DNA of 64,000 bases from Lingula anatina (Eukaryota > Animalia > Brachiopoda): the NCBI GenBank assembly GCA_051362555.1, contig CM120641.1, positions 14,322,001-14,386,000 on the forward strand, in the 5' to 3' direction. Both the position numbers and the translations under genes were made by a program. This document shows positions 13,001 through 28,000 of the stretch, piece after piece. Position 1 is the first letter of the stretch. Every line of letters begins with the position of its first letter. The notes beneath the pieces are model-generated. The model did no database searches. It saw only the letters and a program-made list of their open reading frames with translations, and was not told the origin of the DNA.

Positions 13001-16000
13001 AACACCAGAGATGTTGTGCCAAATGTAACTGAGGTATTTGAAGCTCAGATTACCACTGGCAGCAGTGTTAGCTACATTTGGACCATAGATGGCATAGGTG
13101 TAGTTGGAACAGGACAGTCTGTACAGTTAAAATTTTCAAGTTTTGGTGCTCAGGTAATCCATGTGAATGCATCTAATCAAATTAGCTGGATGAATCAGTC
13201 TTACACAGTAGATATTTTTATACACGCAGAACCAAAGAATCTTGTATTTCAAGCAGCACCAACATTGGCAGCCACTGGGGATAATGTGACTTTTATTTGT
13301 GAAGTAACAGTGAATGCCTATACCAATTTCAGTGTGATGTGGGATTTAGGAAGTGGAAATAGATCTGAGGTATCATTTTCTTCGAACAGTGCCATTGCCA
13401 TGTATCCCAGTGTGTCATACCTTTTTCCTGTATCAGGAAATTTCACTGTAATTGTTTACATATCTGATGGGTTAAAGACTGTGTCTGCAACACATAACAT
13501 AGAAGTCATTGATAGACTGACTGGACTTGACATAGCAACTCCTTCATATGTATATTTGGTAAATGATCCTGTTTCTGTTAGTGTCACTCCCATGGGAAAC
13601 CTTCAGAACGTTCAATATAATTTCACTTTTGGTACACAGCCAACAATATCAACTTCCAGTAACACAGCTTCAACCACTTTCAGTGTGAAGGGGACATACA
13701 ATATCACAGTGACAGCATACAATGGTGTCAGTTTTGTCACAGGTTCCGTTAAAGTTGGTATTCAAGAACCAGTCAAGGGGTTGTGGCTTGGTTCCAATAG
13801 CCCGACATTGCTTGGTGACACAACTGTTATTTCTGCCACAGTTATTTCAGGGAGCAATCCAACATTCGAATTTCAATTACCGGATGGGTCTCCACCATCT
13901 GTATCACAAAATTCAACTTTTTCCCACCAGTTTTCTACCCTGGGATCCTATTCTGTGTTTGTGAATGTTTCTAATGATGTAAGTTGGGAGAGGAGCAATA
14001 TAACTGTGTATGTTATTGGTGGGAATTCTCTACAGATTGTAGAAATTGAAACATCGCCATCGTGTGTTGTACCCCCTGGTTCAGTCAACATCACAGCCAA
14101 CATTGTTCACCATTCTCCAATAGACCTGTTCTACCACTGGGACTTTGGGGATGGAAATCATGTTAATGGCATAGGATTTCTTAATACAAACCATTCTTAT
14201 AATGCACCAGGATCATATGTAGTCACTTTGAATGTAACCAGTAATTTTACCAATGTGTCTCGTTCATGGGCTGTTTGTGTTCAGGATCCAATACAGTCAG
14301 TTATTCTGAAGGCTGAAGGACCCTTTTCTTTGGAAGCATTAGGAACAGCAGAAGCCAACATCTCTGTAACTGTTACTGGAGGGTTTGGGCAAAGGTTTAT
14401 ATGGAAGTATGATAGAAAGGTTGTGGAAAGTCCATCTTCAGAATGGTATGTGGTTAACTTTGATAAACCTGGTATTCATAAAATTCATCTCCGTGTTTTT
14501 AATGAGATCAATGAAAAAATTGCTACTGTAGACGTGAAAGTCTTAGAGCCAGTCAGTGGTCTTAGGGTTGTCCAGACTGGTCCAAGTTCAAATCATCTGA
14601 CTATGCATCAGCAGTATGAGTTCACTGCCATGCTCCAGCAAGGGACTGACATTACCTTCACTTGGGACTTTAATGATATCAGACCTGTGCCACTTCTAAG
14701 AGGACGTGCCATGAATCATACGTTCAGTATACCTGGCGTTTTTAATGCAACGGTTATGGCAGAGAATCAAGTCAGCAGAGCCGTGGCATGGATACAAGTC
14801 TATATTCAGGATAAGATTGCTGGGCTTACAGTTGTGTCTAAGCCTGTATATAGAATGGTCCAGATTGGAGCCAAATTGGAGTTGAGTGCTAGTGTCACAC
14901 AGGGAACAGATGTACAGTACAAATGGCAGTATTGTGACTTATGCCAGGAGATTGAATCACACCAACTGAATAAGATAGTATATTCATATAATTTGAGTGG
15001 GGTGTACACAGTGAATGTGACAGCATATAATTATGTGAGCAGCGAATCTAAGTTGTTGACTGTAGGTGTCTTTGAGTCTTTGACATCTGTTTCCATCAAC
15101 AGCACATTAAAGGATGGTAAATATGCTGGAGTAGGGGACAATGTGACTTTCTATGCCAATTCTTCACCAGTGAAAATAGGTGTGGTTTTTACTTGGACAG
15201 TACGAAAAGCTGGGACTACACTTGGACAACATACAGGAGATGTTTTGACTTTCATGTTTACTTCCATTGGACAGTACCAGGTGACCTGTGCAGGTCAAGG
15301 TCATCTGAACTCCAAGGAGGCAGACTTGATGGTGGAAGTTTTCACTCATTTTTCCGGGCTCAAAATTGTTCCACACTTTTTAGCTGTGAAGTACATGCAC
15401 AGAGCAACCTTTCAGGCAGAATTTACCACTGGAGGCAGCAGTGTACAGTATGCTTGGTATTTGCAAGACAACACCACCACAATTCCTTTACCTTTTGATA
15501 CCACCTCTAGAATGTCCCGTGTGTGTTCCCAATTGGGTCATTTTACCATACAAGTGCATGTGTCCAGTCCATTGGAAAGTGCCATTGCCATTGCCACCTT
15601 GATAGTTCAAATTCCTATCAATGGGATCAGCATTGAGACATCTCCCCCTATGCCATACTTTTCCTTAGGACAGACTGTGCGGTTCACAGTGCGTGTGACT
15701 AACAGTCATGCTGGCACAGTAAAGTATTATGTTCAACTCACTGATTATTCTCCATCCAAAGTATTTACAGTGCCAGAAATACAACACACATTTAATAAAC
15801 TGGGGACATTTGAGTTTCGAGTGAATGCATCCAATGAAATCAACACCTTTGATAGAACAGTGAAAGTGTATGTTCGACAGCCAATATCTGGGCTTGCTGT
15901 CAGCTCAGATAAACAATATGCTGCTGTGGGAGAAGCCATCTCTTTCCATAGTACTGTGATAAGTGGAACTGAAGTCAAATACAGCTGGGATTTTGGAGAT

Positions 16001-19000
16001 GGAAGTCATCTCAGCACTGTCCCCAGTAGTGTGACATATTCATTTAAGTCGCCGGGCAACTTTGTTGTCATGACAACAGCAGATAATGTGATCAGTAAGC
16101 AGAGTGAGAATGTCAGCCTTATTATCCAGGAGAGAATTGGTGGAATAGAAATCTTGGAGTGTTGTGTGAATGCCTTCCCAGTTGGCAAGCAAACAACATT
16201 CAAGGGGAGTACCAACACTGGCACTGACATGCTGTTTAGGTGAATAACTTAAAACCAAATTTCTGCAGTAATATGGTAAGATTCTCTGTGAGATATGCAC
16301 AGTGGATTTATTTTTCAAAAGAAATAGTTTTCATGGAGTGCCAGATATGCATTTTGTGATTGTCTAGATGCAAAGTTTTAACAATTCCTCTGAAAAAACA
16401 TCAAAGAGTTTTTGGCCACTCATTTGAAATATTGTTGACTAGATTGCCACTTTGTTTTTATTGTCTTTTAGGTGGACTCTTGGTAAGTTGTCAGACCCCA
16501 TAGTTCATATTGGTGCTGAGGTAACTCATATGTTCCCTGATCCTGGAGAGTACTTTATCAAATTGGAAGCCTGGAATTACATCAGCTCAAAGAGCATTTC
16601 GTCCACCATAGAAGCCGAGGTCCCAGTGGAAGATTTGAAACTGGTCCCCAGGGATTCCCTCAGCTATGTCTACCTCAATGTGACCCTTCATTTTGTAGCC
16701 ACTGTTGTAAGAGGGAGCAATGTCAAGTATCGTTGGTCATTGAATGATACAATGGATGTGACATATGATCAGACGTCTTTCAATAAAACATTTTTTAACC
16801 CTGGAATCTACTTGCTGGTGATCCATGCTTACAATAATGTCAGCTCCTTGACAGATGCTGTGGAATTTGAAGTCCATGCAATCAAGTGTGATCCTCCTGT
16901 TTTGCAAGTGGTTGGAAGTGGAAATGTGACCTCTTTGAAGTCGAGGAAATTATACATGGAAGTTGAATTGGACACTTTGGGCTGCACTTCATATGAAGTG
17001 GAATTCAAATGGATGTTCTTTTCTGAACCCAGTTGTAACTCAAGTCTTGTGACTCCAGTCAGTCTTCCTAGTAGCATAGTCACTGATGTCAGCTCACTTG
17101 GACTTCCACCTAAGTCCTTAATGTATGGGCATTACTGTGTGAGAATAACGGCCTCCTATAAGGATACATCACTGTTTTCCCAAGGATTCATAGAGCTGGA
17201 TATTGTTCCTTCCACACCCATTGCTATAATCATGGGAGGGACAGAGAGACTGGCTCCTACCACTGAGGATTATTACTTGAATGCCTTCCTCTCCTATGAT
17301 CCTGACTTTCCAAGAAGTGCACAGCCACCAATGACTTTCTATTGGGAATGTACTATGAAGGTTTGTTAGTTCTTACTTCCTCACATGTAATATTTTGTTT
17401 TTTTGTAATATTTCTATATTTCTATAGCTTTGCTGCCAGTGAAAACTTTGATTAATTCACTTTGCAAAGCATTTCGCAAACATATCTATTTTCAAGCGAC
17501 CAAAAACTATTTTGGAATGACCGCAGACCAAACAAATGCCACTTTTCCTTAATTATCATGCAGCCTTCTTAGTTTGCATTACGTCTTTATCCTTTTCAGT
17601 CTGCATTACCAGGAGCAGCCTCCTTAGGGTGTTTCTCTTCACAGACTTCAAAATCTCTGACCATACCCTCTAACACGTTAGTCCCAGATGAGACTTACCT
17701 GTTTACACTGACTATCACATCAGCTGGGAGGACTGGGACAGCAACACAGGAGGTAAGGTGTCTTGCTAACCAGAACTAGACACATTCTGCTTCAACATTC
17801 CATTATTAGGTCAATTGGCAGTTAGCTTAAATAGAAATTTATAATTGTCAGGGGCAGATCCGTAGCTATTTTCTGACAGTCATCCAAGTTATCTTTGTTG
17901 ATCCATCCTCCAATTTTAACCATCCTCCAACAGTAAAAATAGATACCTGTCAATATAAACTTGAAAATCTGACTGTCTTCTGGAAGACCCAGAAGATGGC
18001 CTAAATCCGCCCCTGATTGTAAATTTCAAGTGATTTTTTCAGTTAAGCAGAAATTGATTAAATGGTCACTTCACTGTCTGTTATGTGATAAAAGTGGGAC
18101 ACATGATCTCATACTGAAAAGACCACTTTTGATTAACATTTTTTTCGTGGCATGAACATTCTTTCTGATGATTCCTGTTCATCAGTACTACTATAAGTTC
18201 CATATGAAAAATGCCTGTTCAGCACGAAGCAGATCTGAAATCTGATGACAAACTTTACACATTACCATCATTTATACTTTCTTCGTTTCTTAGGTCAAAA
18301 CAGTAGGAGGTCCAATTCCTCTGGCCAGCATAGAGTGCTTTTCCTGTAGTGTGTCAGGTACAGACCAGATCAGCAGCAATTCTCATGTGGCCATGCTGGG
18401 TAATTGTACAAACTGTGCCCAGGGAGAGGCCATAGAGTATGGCTGGAATGTAACCAGAGAAGATGGACAACAAGTTTCACTGGATGAGAGCACCACAACA
18501 ACTGGTGCAAACAAGCCAAATTTGGTCATCAGGCGTGGTGTCCTCCAAAACAGTCAGGCACATACATTTCATCTACAACTGAAAAGTAGCAATAACATGA
18601 CAACTTATGCAAACTTGAAACTTAAACCAAACCAGCCTCCCAGACCAGGAAAATGTGGAATTTCTCCAAATGTTGCCACTGCCTTAGAAGAGAAAGTCAA
18701 TGTGACTTGCACTGGGTGGATTGACCCGGATGGAGTTGTGCAGAATTTAGTGTACAGTATCTTTGCAGAGAACTATGAGATGAATACAGAGAGATACAGG
18801 TTGTACAGAGGTGTAAAACCTTTCCAGGAGATTGTCTTATCATCTTGGCCGGGGTCTGCTTTGAGGAGGAATGAAGTTCGTTTGCTGGTTTATGTGGAAG
18901 ATGATAATGGAGGCAGAACATGTGGTCTCAATAGGTAAATTTAAATATTTAAATTTTTATCTTTAAGTTAAAGAATATGTCAATATTTCAAGTGTTAAGA

Positions 19001-22000
19001 ATGTAAAATTTTACACACATGACATTGCACTGTTATGTAAGTGTATTTGAGGAAGTTTGCAAAAGAGAAATGCCAAAAATGCACTTTTGAGGTCAGAAAC
19101 TCACAAAATCATATTTGATAGAAACACAGAAAAAAATAATTTGCTGGTCTTAATGTTTGTTAATTTATTAATTAATTTAAACTGTGGTTTTTGTGTAATG
19201 ATTCACTTTTATGCCAGCTATTATTTTGTATTTTCAGCACAGTTACCATAAATGAAGCTCCTCTTATCAACAAAACCAAAAGCGAGTACCTTTTAGAAAC
19301 AAGTAAGGATATTCTTCCCAGACTTACCACAGTTAGAAACCAAGACAGCCTCCTTCAGTACATCATTGCCCTAACTATGCAAGTCAACAAAGAATCTCAG
19401 GATGCAGAGCAACATGGTACCGTAGCAACAGAGCTTACTGTGAGGTCAAAGGTCAGGGATGAAATAGCCACTGCCATCAGCAACTTACCATTAAATACAG
19501 TGAAGGATGCGCAGGATGTGGCTTTCAGTCTACAGCAACTAACAGTAAGAAATGATAAACTGACTGGTATTATTTTGATATTGTTTATGTTAACCCATAC
19601 AGCAGAAATTGCATTGTGTTTATTGGGCAATTGCTATGAAGAGTGGGCCAACTTCATGTGTTAGTTGGGTACAATTAAGGCTGTCTATAATTATATTAAA
19701 TTGGTGAATTATGCACATATTTAGACTGTGTAACAACACAGTTAAAGTAAGATAAACATTTAACTATATCCGTTTTTTTAAAGATATTTTCACATTATAT
19801 TTTGTGGTTACAGGTTTATTTGGATGAATTTCAATCCAAGCAATGCCAAAGGTTGATAGTTCAGACTCTTGAGCGGCTTGACCAGGTTCTTCAGTCCTCA
19901 GTAACTCAAGGCATGGATAGTGATGAATTTGCCATAACATCTCTTTTAACCACTTTATCCAATGTGATTGAGGCTGCCAATTTGGCTGTGTATTATCCTG
20001 ACAAAGTGCCAGTGCTGACACCTATTGAACAAACTGTTGGGAATGGCTCCAAAGGGCTGCCCAACATTGGGGCCCAGAAGGGGGCCAGTTCTTACACTGA
20101 GGAGACACACAGGGAGTACGTGGTGGGGAGAGCATTGAAACAGACTGAAAATTTAGTTGCTGTGGTGCTTAGAACACAAGTCTTAAATGAGAAGGAAGTG
20201 ACATTGGCTGTTGGGGATATGAAAATTGCAGGCAGGAGAACAGTGGCCACTGATATTTGGCAAGAGAGAAGCACATATGGGATCAATTTTGTGTTACCCG
20301 ATAATCTTCTAGGGGACTTACAGGCAAATGATGAAGTCTTACAGATAATGTTTGTTATGCCCAAGAATCCATTTACATGGGGGTATGTTCGACCTATGAA
20401 TGTCACTTCAAGGGTGCCTGGTTTAGCTTTTAAATACCCAGATGGAAGGGATATCACTGTGAACAATCTAATGCCTCATCGTAGGCTGAAAGTTCTTATG
20501 TTTGGCTCCAGTAACCTTAACAGTTCGGCTGTGGTATTTGATGGGAGGTTGGTTGGGAGTGCTGCCTATGATCCATTACAGGACATGAAATACGTTCGGA
20601 GAAGTGTGTTGGCTGAAGATGGAGTTAAAGTGGTGTTGAATACTACAGGAATCAAGGACACTGCTGCAGCATTGCATGTACAAATAAGGTAATAATAGTT
20701 TAACAGCTGCTGCTTCAGCGTGCTAAATGATAGCTCTCTTCTCAGTAGAATGAGACCCCATTCCCAGAGACACCATTGGTAAACATGAATTGACCCAACT
20801 CATTGGGGACTCTCACTGACTGCAATCAGCTTAACTGAAGGACACGCCTCCTCCTAGCATTAAGTAGAACACAGCAAAGCTGCTGATTATTCAAAGACAT
20901 TGGAAACAAGAGGAGGCTTTAAGCTGATTGCAGTCAGCAAGAGTCCCTTCAGATTTAGGTCAACCTGTGTAGACTGATTGTGTCTATGGGAATGATGTCT
21001 AAGTGCTACATCAGGAAACTTCTTAAGTCACAGTATACATAGTTATTAATTAGTAAATAATGCAGTATTTTAACAGTTTTCTATTTACTTGTGATTTTGT
21101 TTTGTAATTCTGTTGACATTACATTAAATGTTTATATGATTTAAACATGCTAATGACTTATATAATATGACATCAGAATGGCTGGGTTCTTTTGTAGATT
21201 TACTGTTCGACCAAATATGACTGCTCCAGATAATTCTGAAAATGATGTTTTCCTGGATGCCTTTCTGGGGAAAAATTATGAGCCAACAGCATCCAAGTAT
21301 GAAGAAAAACTTAAGGTATCATGGGAAGATATGGCAAAAGGCAAGGATCACAGGAAGTACACAATCTTTGTAGAAGCAAGGTATGAAATGTTTTTCTTGA
21401 TAAGTTGGAAATTATCTTTTGGACCTGCATTTATCAGAGCTGTAGTAAAATAAAAAACATGATTGTGTAATATTATATTTTGGCTTGCTGAAAATTAACG
21501 CTTGCTCACAACATCAAAAGACTGATGGTGACTCTATAGTAATTAGGATAAATTTGGCATTAGTGCTTTCCAACAACATTAAGTTAGCTGACAAAAAAAA
21601 TTTTTCCATTGAATAATTTTTCACTTGAAGTATCTTTGATTGACTGAAAGCTCTTCTTTTGAACAACATAATGTGTGGAAAAATATTTTCTTTGCACATC
21701 TTTCAGCTATTTTAATCCCAATGCCAGCTACCAGTTGGTCCTAGAAAACAGAGGTGTTCACCATGCTGTTAATGTGGCCATTGGACTCTATGTAACAAGC
21801 TGCCAGTTTTACAATGAACTCAATAACACCTGGGACACTGGTGGTTGTGAACCAGATGCAGAATCTGTGGCAGCATGCTCAGTGTGCCTGTGCAACCACC
21901 TGACCTCCTTTGGTGCTAGTGTGCTTGTCACACCTAACGCAATTAAGTTCCAGGATTTGGCTGTAAGTGTTACAACCCAACACATTATTGTGAAGGGCTA

Positions 22001-25000
22001 TGTGCAAGAGCTGTTGAGCAAGAATAGCATTTTATTTTTGAATTACATTTCATATCTAAATGCAGATAATTCGCAAAATGAGTAATAAAATTGTTATTTT
22101 TGACTTCCCTATTTGCTTTTTTATGTTAAGGGTCACTATACACTGTATAAGTCAAATAAATAATGAAATCTCAAAAAAGTTGGATACTTTACTTTGTCCC
22201 AGCTGTACAGAGGCCTGTTAATTATACTATGGCAAAAACAACAATGAAAAAAACTGGAATATTTTAAGAACTGTGATAAGTAATTCACATGATTTTTTCA
22301 CAAGTACATACTCTGTATTTTTTTCCTTTTCAGAGACTTGATATAAGGGAGAACCCAGTAGCTCTGATAACAGTGTGTGTAGTTGGTGCAGTGTACATAC
22401 TGTGTGTGATACTAGCCAGGCGGTGGGACCTGGCAGACTTCATGAAGGTCAGCGTGGTACCATTGTGTGGAAGAGATGGTGTCTACAGATATGAAATTGT
22501 GGTTATCACTGGGAGACAGAGAGGGGCAGGTAATTACTGCACTAGAATCATAAATTTTAGGCATTTTTCTTTATAGTTTTAATATATTCTTAAAGTAGGA
22601 GTTGGGCATAGAACCCACATTATAATGCTTTTCTAAAAGTGGAAAACTATGTCTAAAAAGGCTATCGTAAAAGTGTTTTTAGTACATACTGCTATTTCCA
22701 GGAACTTCTGCACATGTTGGTGTACGTCTCTATGGAGAAAATGCCAAAAGTGAACCACAACATTTAAATCAAGTAGGAGCTTTCCAGAGGAACAGCAGAG
22801 ATGTTTTCATCATTGCGTCAGATATAAACCTAGGAGATATCTATAAACTACGCATCTGGCATGACAACACCAGTTTGAACCCAGCTTGGTTTGTGTCAAG
22901 AGTTGTGGTGAGAGATTTACAAACTAACCAGAAATACCAGTTTATACTGGACTGTTGGCTGTCTTTGGAGGCAGAGGAACCAACTATTGAAAAGGAGGTG
23001 CTGGTGGCAAGTAGGTTGAAGATTTGTGGTATTTTGTCTTCTGATGTGACCGTAGAATTATTTTTATCAGCAGTAAAATTTTATGAATTACAGAGTTTGA
23101 AACTCTACTAGAACCATCAAAAATACATATAGATGTTAGAAAATACTCTTGCAGTTAGAAGTTATTTTGTAAATTGACATTTTTTCTAATTTTTTAAAAA
23201 TCTGCTACATGATATGATATTTAAAATAAAATAAAGCTGATTGAAATTTTAATGTGTCTTTTTTTGCTAATCATGTTAAATATATGTTTATAGATGCTGA
23301 AGAGCTGAACAATTTTTCCACCATATTTGGCAGTGAGGCATCCAAAGGTTGGTCACAGCGCCACCTATGGTTGTCAACCTTCGAAAGGCCTACAGGAACA
23401 AGTTTTACACGGGTTCAGCGTGTCACCAGTTGTGTCACCTTCCTCTACACCTTTATGTGTGTTAATGCCATGTGGTACGGATTGCTCAAGACTGATTATA
23501 TAGATGTTGACTTGAACTTTGAGATGGTCTTTGGTTTTGAATATTTTTCTTGGGAAGAGATTGTGGTAGGAGTTGTTTCCAGTGTTATAGTGTTCCCTGT
23601 GAACTTGGTACTCATACAGATGTTTGCAAGTAGCAGGCATAAGGTAAGATCTGTTGTTGTTGTCATATAATAACAAAAAGCGTTTATTCTTCAACAAATA
23701 TCTGTGCACAGGGACATAACTTTTCTTGAACTGATGGTAGTTTGAAAGTGCAAATCCAACAATTTAATAGTACTTATCCTTTAAATCTGTGATGTCTTTT
23801 TTATATAGATTAAAGTTAATGCAATTGGGTGAGTTATATACTAACTTTATACATACATTATCAAGCTTACAAGATTGGACAAGAAGCCACAGACTGCTCA
23901 GACCATAGAAATAGAGGCTATGTGTGAGATGGACTCTCAGGGAGGGAGTTTACTGGAAAAGAAGGGAAGAATAGCACCACCTGACATACTGCAGTTGGGT
24001 GATAGGGAAAGCACAGTGGACTCTGCACAGGTCAGTTCCACCCCAGATTTTAAATCATATCTTGTAATATATTTTTTTTATATGAAAGGTTTGTTTTCTC
24101 CAGCCAAATTGAATGAATGGCAATGGTGTTTGCCTTACCTCTGTACAGACATTTTCAACTGCTACTTGTCTGCTGTCTTCCCCAGAGCTGTTGTCCTTGT
24201 TTGACTATTAGCTGGAGACTAAGATGCCATTCTCATAGATTTTAGATCGATCTATCCCTGTGGGGAGTCTCACTAGATTACTGTCAGCTCAGCTGGCTTA
24301 AGAGTCTGTCCCTCCTACTAAAAGCTGTAAGGGGGTAATTAACTATGGTGCGCGCTCGGCTGACTGCAATTTAGCGTGAACCCCCAGGGAGTTAGGTCGA
24401 TCTAAATCCAAATCTCTGGATCGATCTAAATCTCTGGGAATGCACCCTAAGTCAAAATGACATTATAGACTGGACTTTGCCTTGCTGACCCCTACCCCTT
24501 CTATCTCGGTTCATAAAGTCAATGCATTCATCCTTATTATAGACTAAATTAAAGATTCAAGCATCTTACTCGGTTTTTTTTTCATATAAACAGGCCATTG
24601 GACCCCTAAGAAGAACAAATGGACAGTTTCGCTTGAAGCGTGAAGTGAGTGTAGATGACAGCTGGAGGGACACAGACTCTGGAAGTGGGATATACAGCAA
24701 CAGGGATGATAGCTCTGTCAGGGTAGGTATACCAAACACAAAATGCCTTTCATGAATGTGCCCTTTTTTCTGTTTGCAAAGATCTGACAGCTTGCGATCA
24801 GGTCTATAGTTGTTTTTATTTTTTATCTGGTAATAAATATGTCTTGAAACCTTAAGTTTTATCCTTTTTCTTTATTAACTAGGTATCAGGCATCACTGGA
24901 CTAAGCATTATACATTATATCTTGTTTTTCATAGAGCAATTGCAATCATGACAAAATGTGGGCGTCATATGAAGGTATAATGAGTTGGCCAGACGGCATT

Positions 25001-28000
25001 CCAGGAGATCATGTGACCAGTGGGGGCTCCCTGAGAGGCAAACCCTCTTATATGCCTCTTGAAAAACTAAAGGTATTGAATGGTGATTTGATCATATGGT
25101 TTTATGAAAGTTTAAACAGATGACTATTAACTATTTATGATGTTTGTTACATATATGAATTATTCATTTTATGTGTTTAAGAGGGATTGGTAGCCTTAAA
25201 TTTTGAAATGAAGCATATAAAACATTTAGATTAAAAAAATGAATATAAGTTTTCTTTGTTTTTTCATCAGGAAGAGCCAGAAGAAACTGAAGAAAACGAA
25301 GTAGACAAAAATATTCTTAAAAGGTACACCATGTCAAAATTTTATCAGATGTTGTATGCTGACAGCAGATAAATTGGAGTGCTTTGGAAAAAATGTTACT
25401 GTGTTGAAAAATTCTCAACTCCAATAATGATTTTTTTCAGTTTGTCTGTATTATTTTTCAGGACCCGTCCTGTCCAGAGAAATAGCAGCAACAGGCTCCC
25501 TCCCAGAGATGAGGCACAGCTGCCAGAAAGTGAAAGGTGAAAGAACTGCCATCATTCAAACTTTTAAGAGCTCTTTTTACTGTACAGCAACACATATAGC
25601 ACGAAAATTGTTCAGTCTGCTTCAGCTGTGTACCTTCAGTAATTCAAGCACTTTCGACTGTAACAAAATTATGTGTATAATATGCAAGTTATCAGTTATC
25701 ATTTTTTAAATTTTCAGCAGACCTGGGGCTCCTACCCCAGCAACCATTCATCGTAAAAGCTGGGACCAGATCACATGGCCTTCAGCTAGGTCCAGGTCCT
25801 CCAGTCTAAAGAAACAGAGTAGTATTGAAACATTTGAAAGCAGCTCATTTGGTCAGAGTTTACGCTCTCATGCTATTAGGTCACTGGGTAAGTATTGCAC
25901 TGCTCTTACATTTGTATATTTTTTCTTACACAAATAATGTTCATCCTTTATGAATGGACATTAAAAATTTTAACATTAAAAAAATTCATTTTTTTTTCCA
26001 TATTTGATATACATTGTTTTGTTTTATCTATTGGATTAATTATCAAGCAAAACTGTCACATGTCAAAGACAATAATATATATTCATGACTTTGAAAACTG
26101 TAATTATGATCACAGAAGAAAATCATTTCATGACATGAAAAAGAAAGAATACCATAGCCTCTATCATGATAATCTTGAAATAAAAGGAAAAATAACATTG
26201 TGACTACTTTTTCTTTTTAGGTCGCAGCATGTCTACCCCATACATTCCTGCCCTGCCCTCTGGAAGAACATGTCGTCTGCCTCACTGCTGTATCTACCTA
26301 GCCTACCTTTTGTGCTTTGCCCTGTCTGGCCTGTCCATACTGGTCATACTGCTGTATGGACATAAGTTTGGAAGAGATGTTGCACTAAGGTGGCTAATCT
26401 CCCTAGCATTTAGTTTTGTTCAGTCAGCTTTCATAACAGAGCCACTTAAGGTTAGTGGAGTGATTTTTCTTGATAGGCTTTATTGCATAACACACACACA
26501 CATGGACTTTGACCAGCATACCCAAACAGTTTTTTTTCAACTGAATGTCTACTAAATTGATAAGTGATTGAATGATAAAATTTTTTGTTACCAACATTTT
26601 ATTATTTCAGTCATGATAGGTAAATTTGTCAACACTGATAATTTTAGTGATATACTTTTCTTTGGTTAAATGGCATAATACCCTCTTATTGCACAATCAG
26701 TATTACTGACAACACTATTACCTTTTTTAAAAATATTTTTTGTAGGTAGTTTTTATAGCACTTTTCCTAGCTGCAATTAGCAAGAAACATGATCCAACTG
26801 AAGAAGGGAATCTTGAGGTTCTGCCAACAATTGAAACCAATGAAAAAATAAAGGTAGAAATTGTAATTTGTAATGTATTACACTGACAATATACCTACAT
26901 ATGTAGGTAGTGCACAATTGTGCCACTATCCCACAGAGTGAATCCTAGCTTACTGCTGCACTTTTGTTTTCATTTGATTTATAATTATTTACTTGATCCC
27001 TCTAACAGGTAATCATACCATATTTTCAACATAGAAGTAGGGAAGGTCAGTTAAATTAAAATTTAGGTTTGTAACAGTAAATTTGTTGAGTGGTTTTACT
27101 TAGAAAATATTATGGTACTTACTGGGGTATTTGTTCATTTTTCTCAGGATGTCAAGTTTAAGCCTGTGAGTGGGTTTGCATTGATCCAAGCACAAGAAGA
27201 GGCGCAGAAGAAAAAGCGTATTCATGTCCTAATCCGGCAAACAGTAGTATACTTTATCTTCTTTTGGTTAGTTTTGGTCATAAATTATGCTAATCATGAC
27301 CAAATGGCTTACCACATGACTAGAGTCTTGGATGTTGCTTTTGTGAAGGCTTCTTTTGGGAGTGCAAGGGAATCTTTTTCTAATATCACAAGGTATGTAT
27401 ATGTGCAAGCATGGAATAAGATATATATTTGCACATGGAATGAAATATGATTTAATAAATAAATAGATGAATAAATGAATACATATGCAACTGTATGAAG
27501 GAATAACAGATGGATAAATTGGCAGTGAATAGGTAAATAAGTGGAAGCTATCATACATGAAATTATTGATTTTGTCTTTTTTATGTGTATGTTGAAAGAA
27601 ATTTCTTATTATAGTGTGGAGAAATTTTGGCAGTGGGCAGACACTGTACTGGCTCCAAGTTTGCAAGGCATCAATTTGTATGAGGAAGAGTTTGAAGGCC
27701 ATTTAATTGGTAATGTGCAGATGGTTCAGGTCAGAAACAAACAAGGTAATACTGTGCCCTATGCTTTGACACTTTAAGTCAGGCAAAATCAACAAGTTGG
27801 TTAACATCCCACAATTCTGTGAATAGGGTAGATAGACAACATTTAATTTTGATTTTTTAAATATGTATTTAAGTACCAGTCTCTGTAAGAATCAGAAAAA
27901 TAACATAGGGGCATTGGAACATGACCCTCCCAGATTTTGTTTTCTTTTAATTTATTGTGAAGAACTATGCTAAAAACTAATAAATTGAGCCCGAAAAGTT

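Noticed and set aside
11673-16318. Many short antisense or alternate-frame ORFs over the giant PKD1 exon
   Set aside because: Shadow ORFs of a long coding exon with no independent motifs
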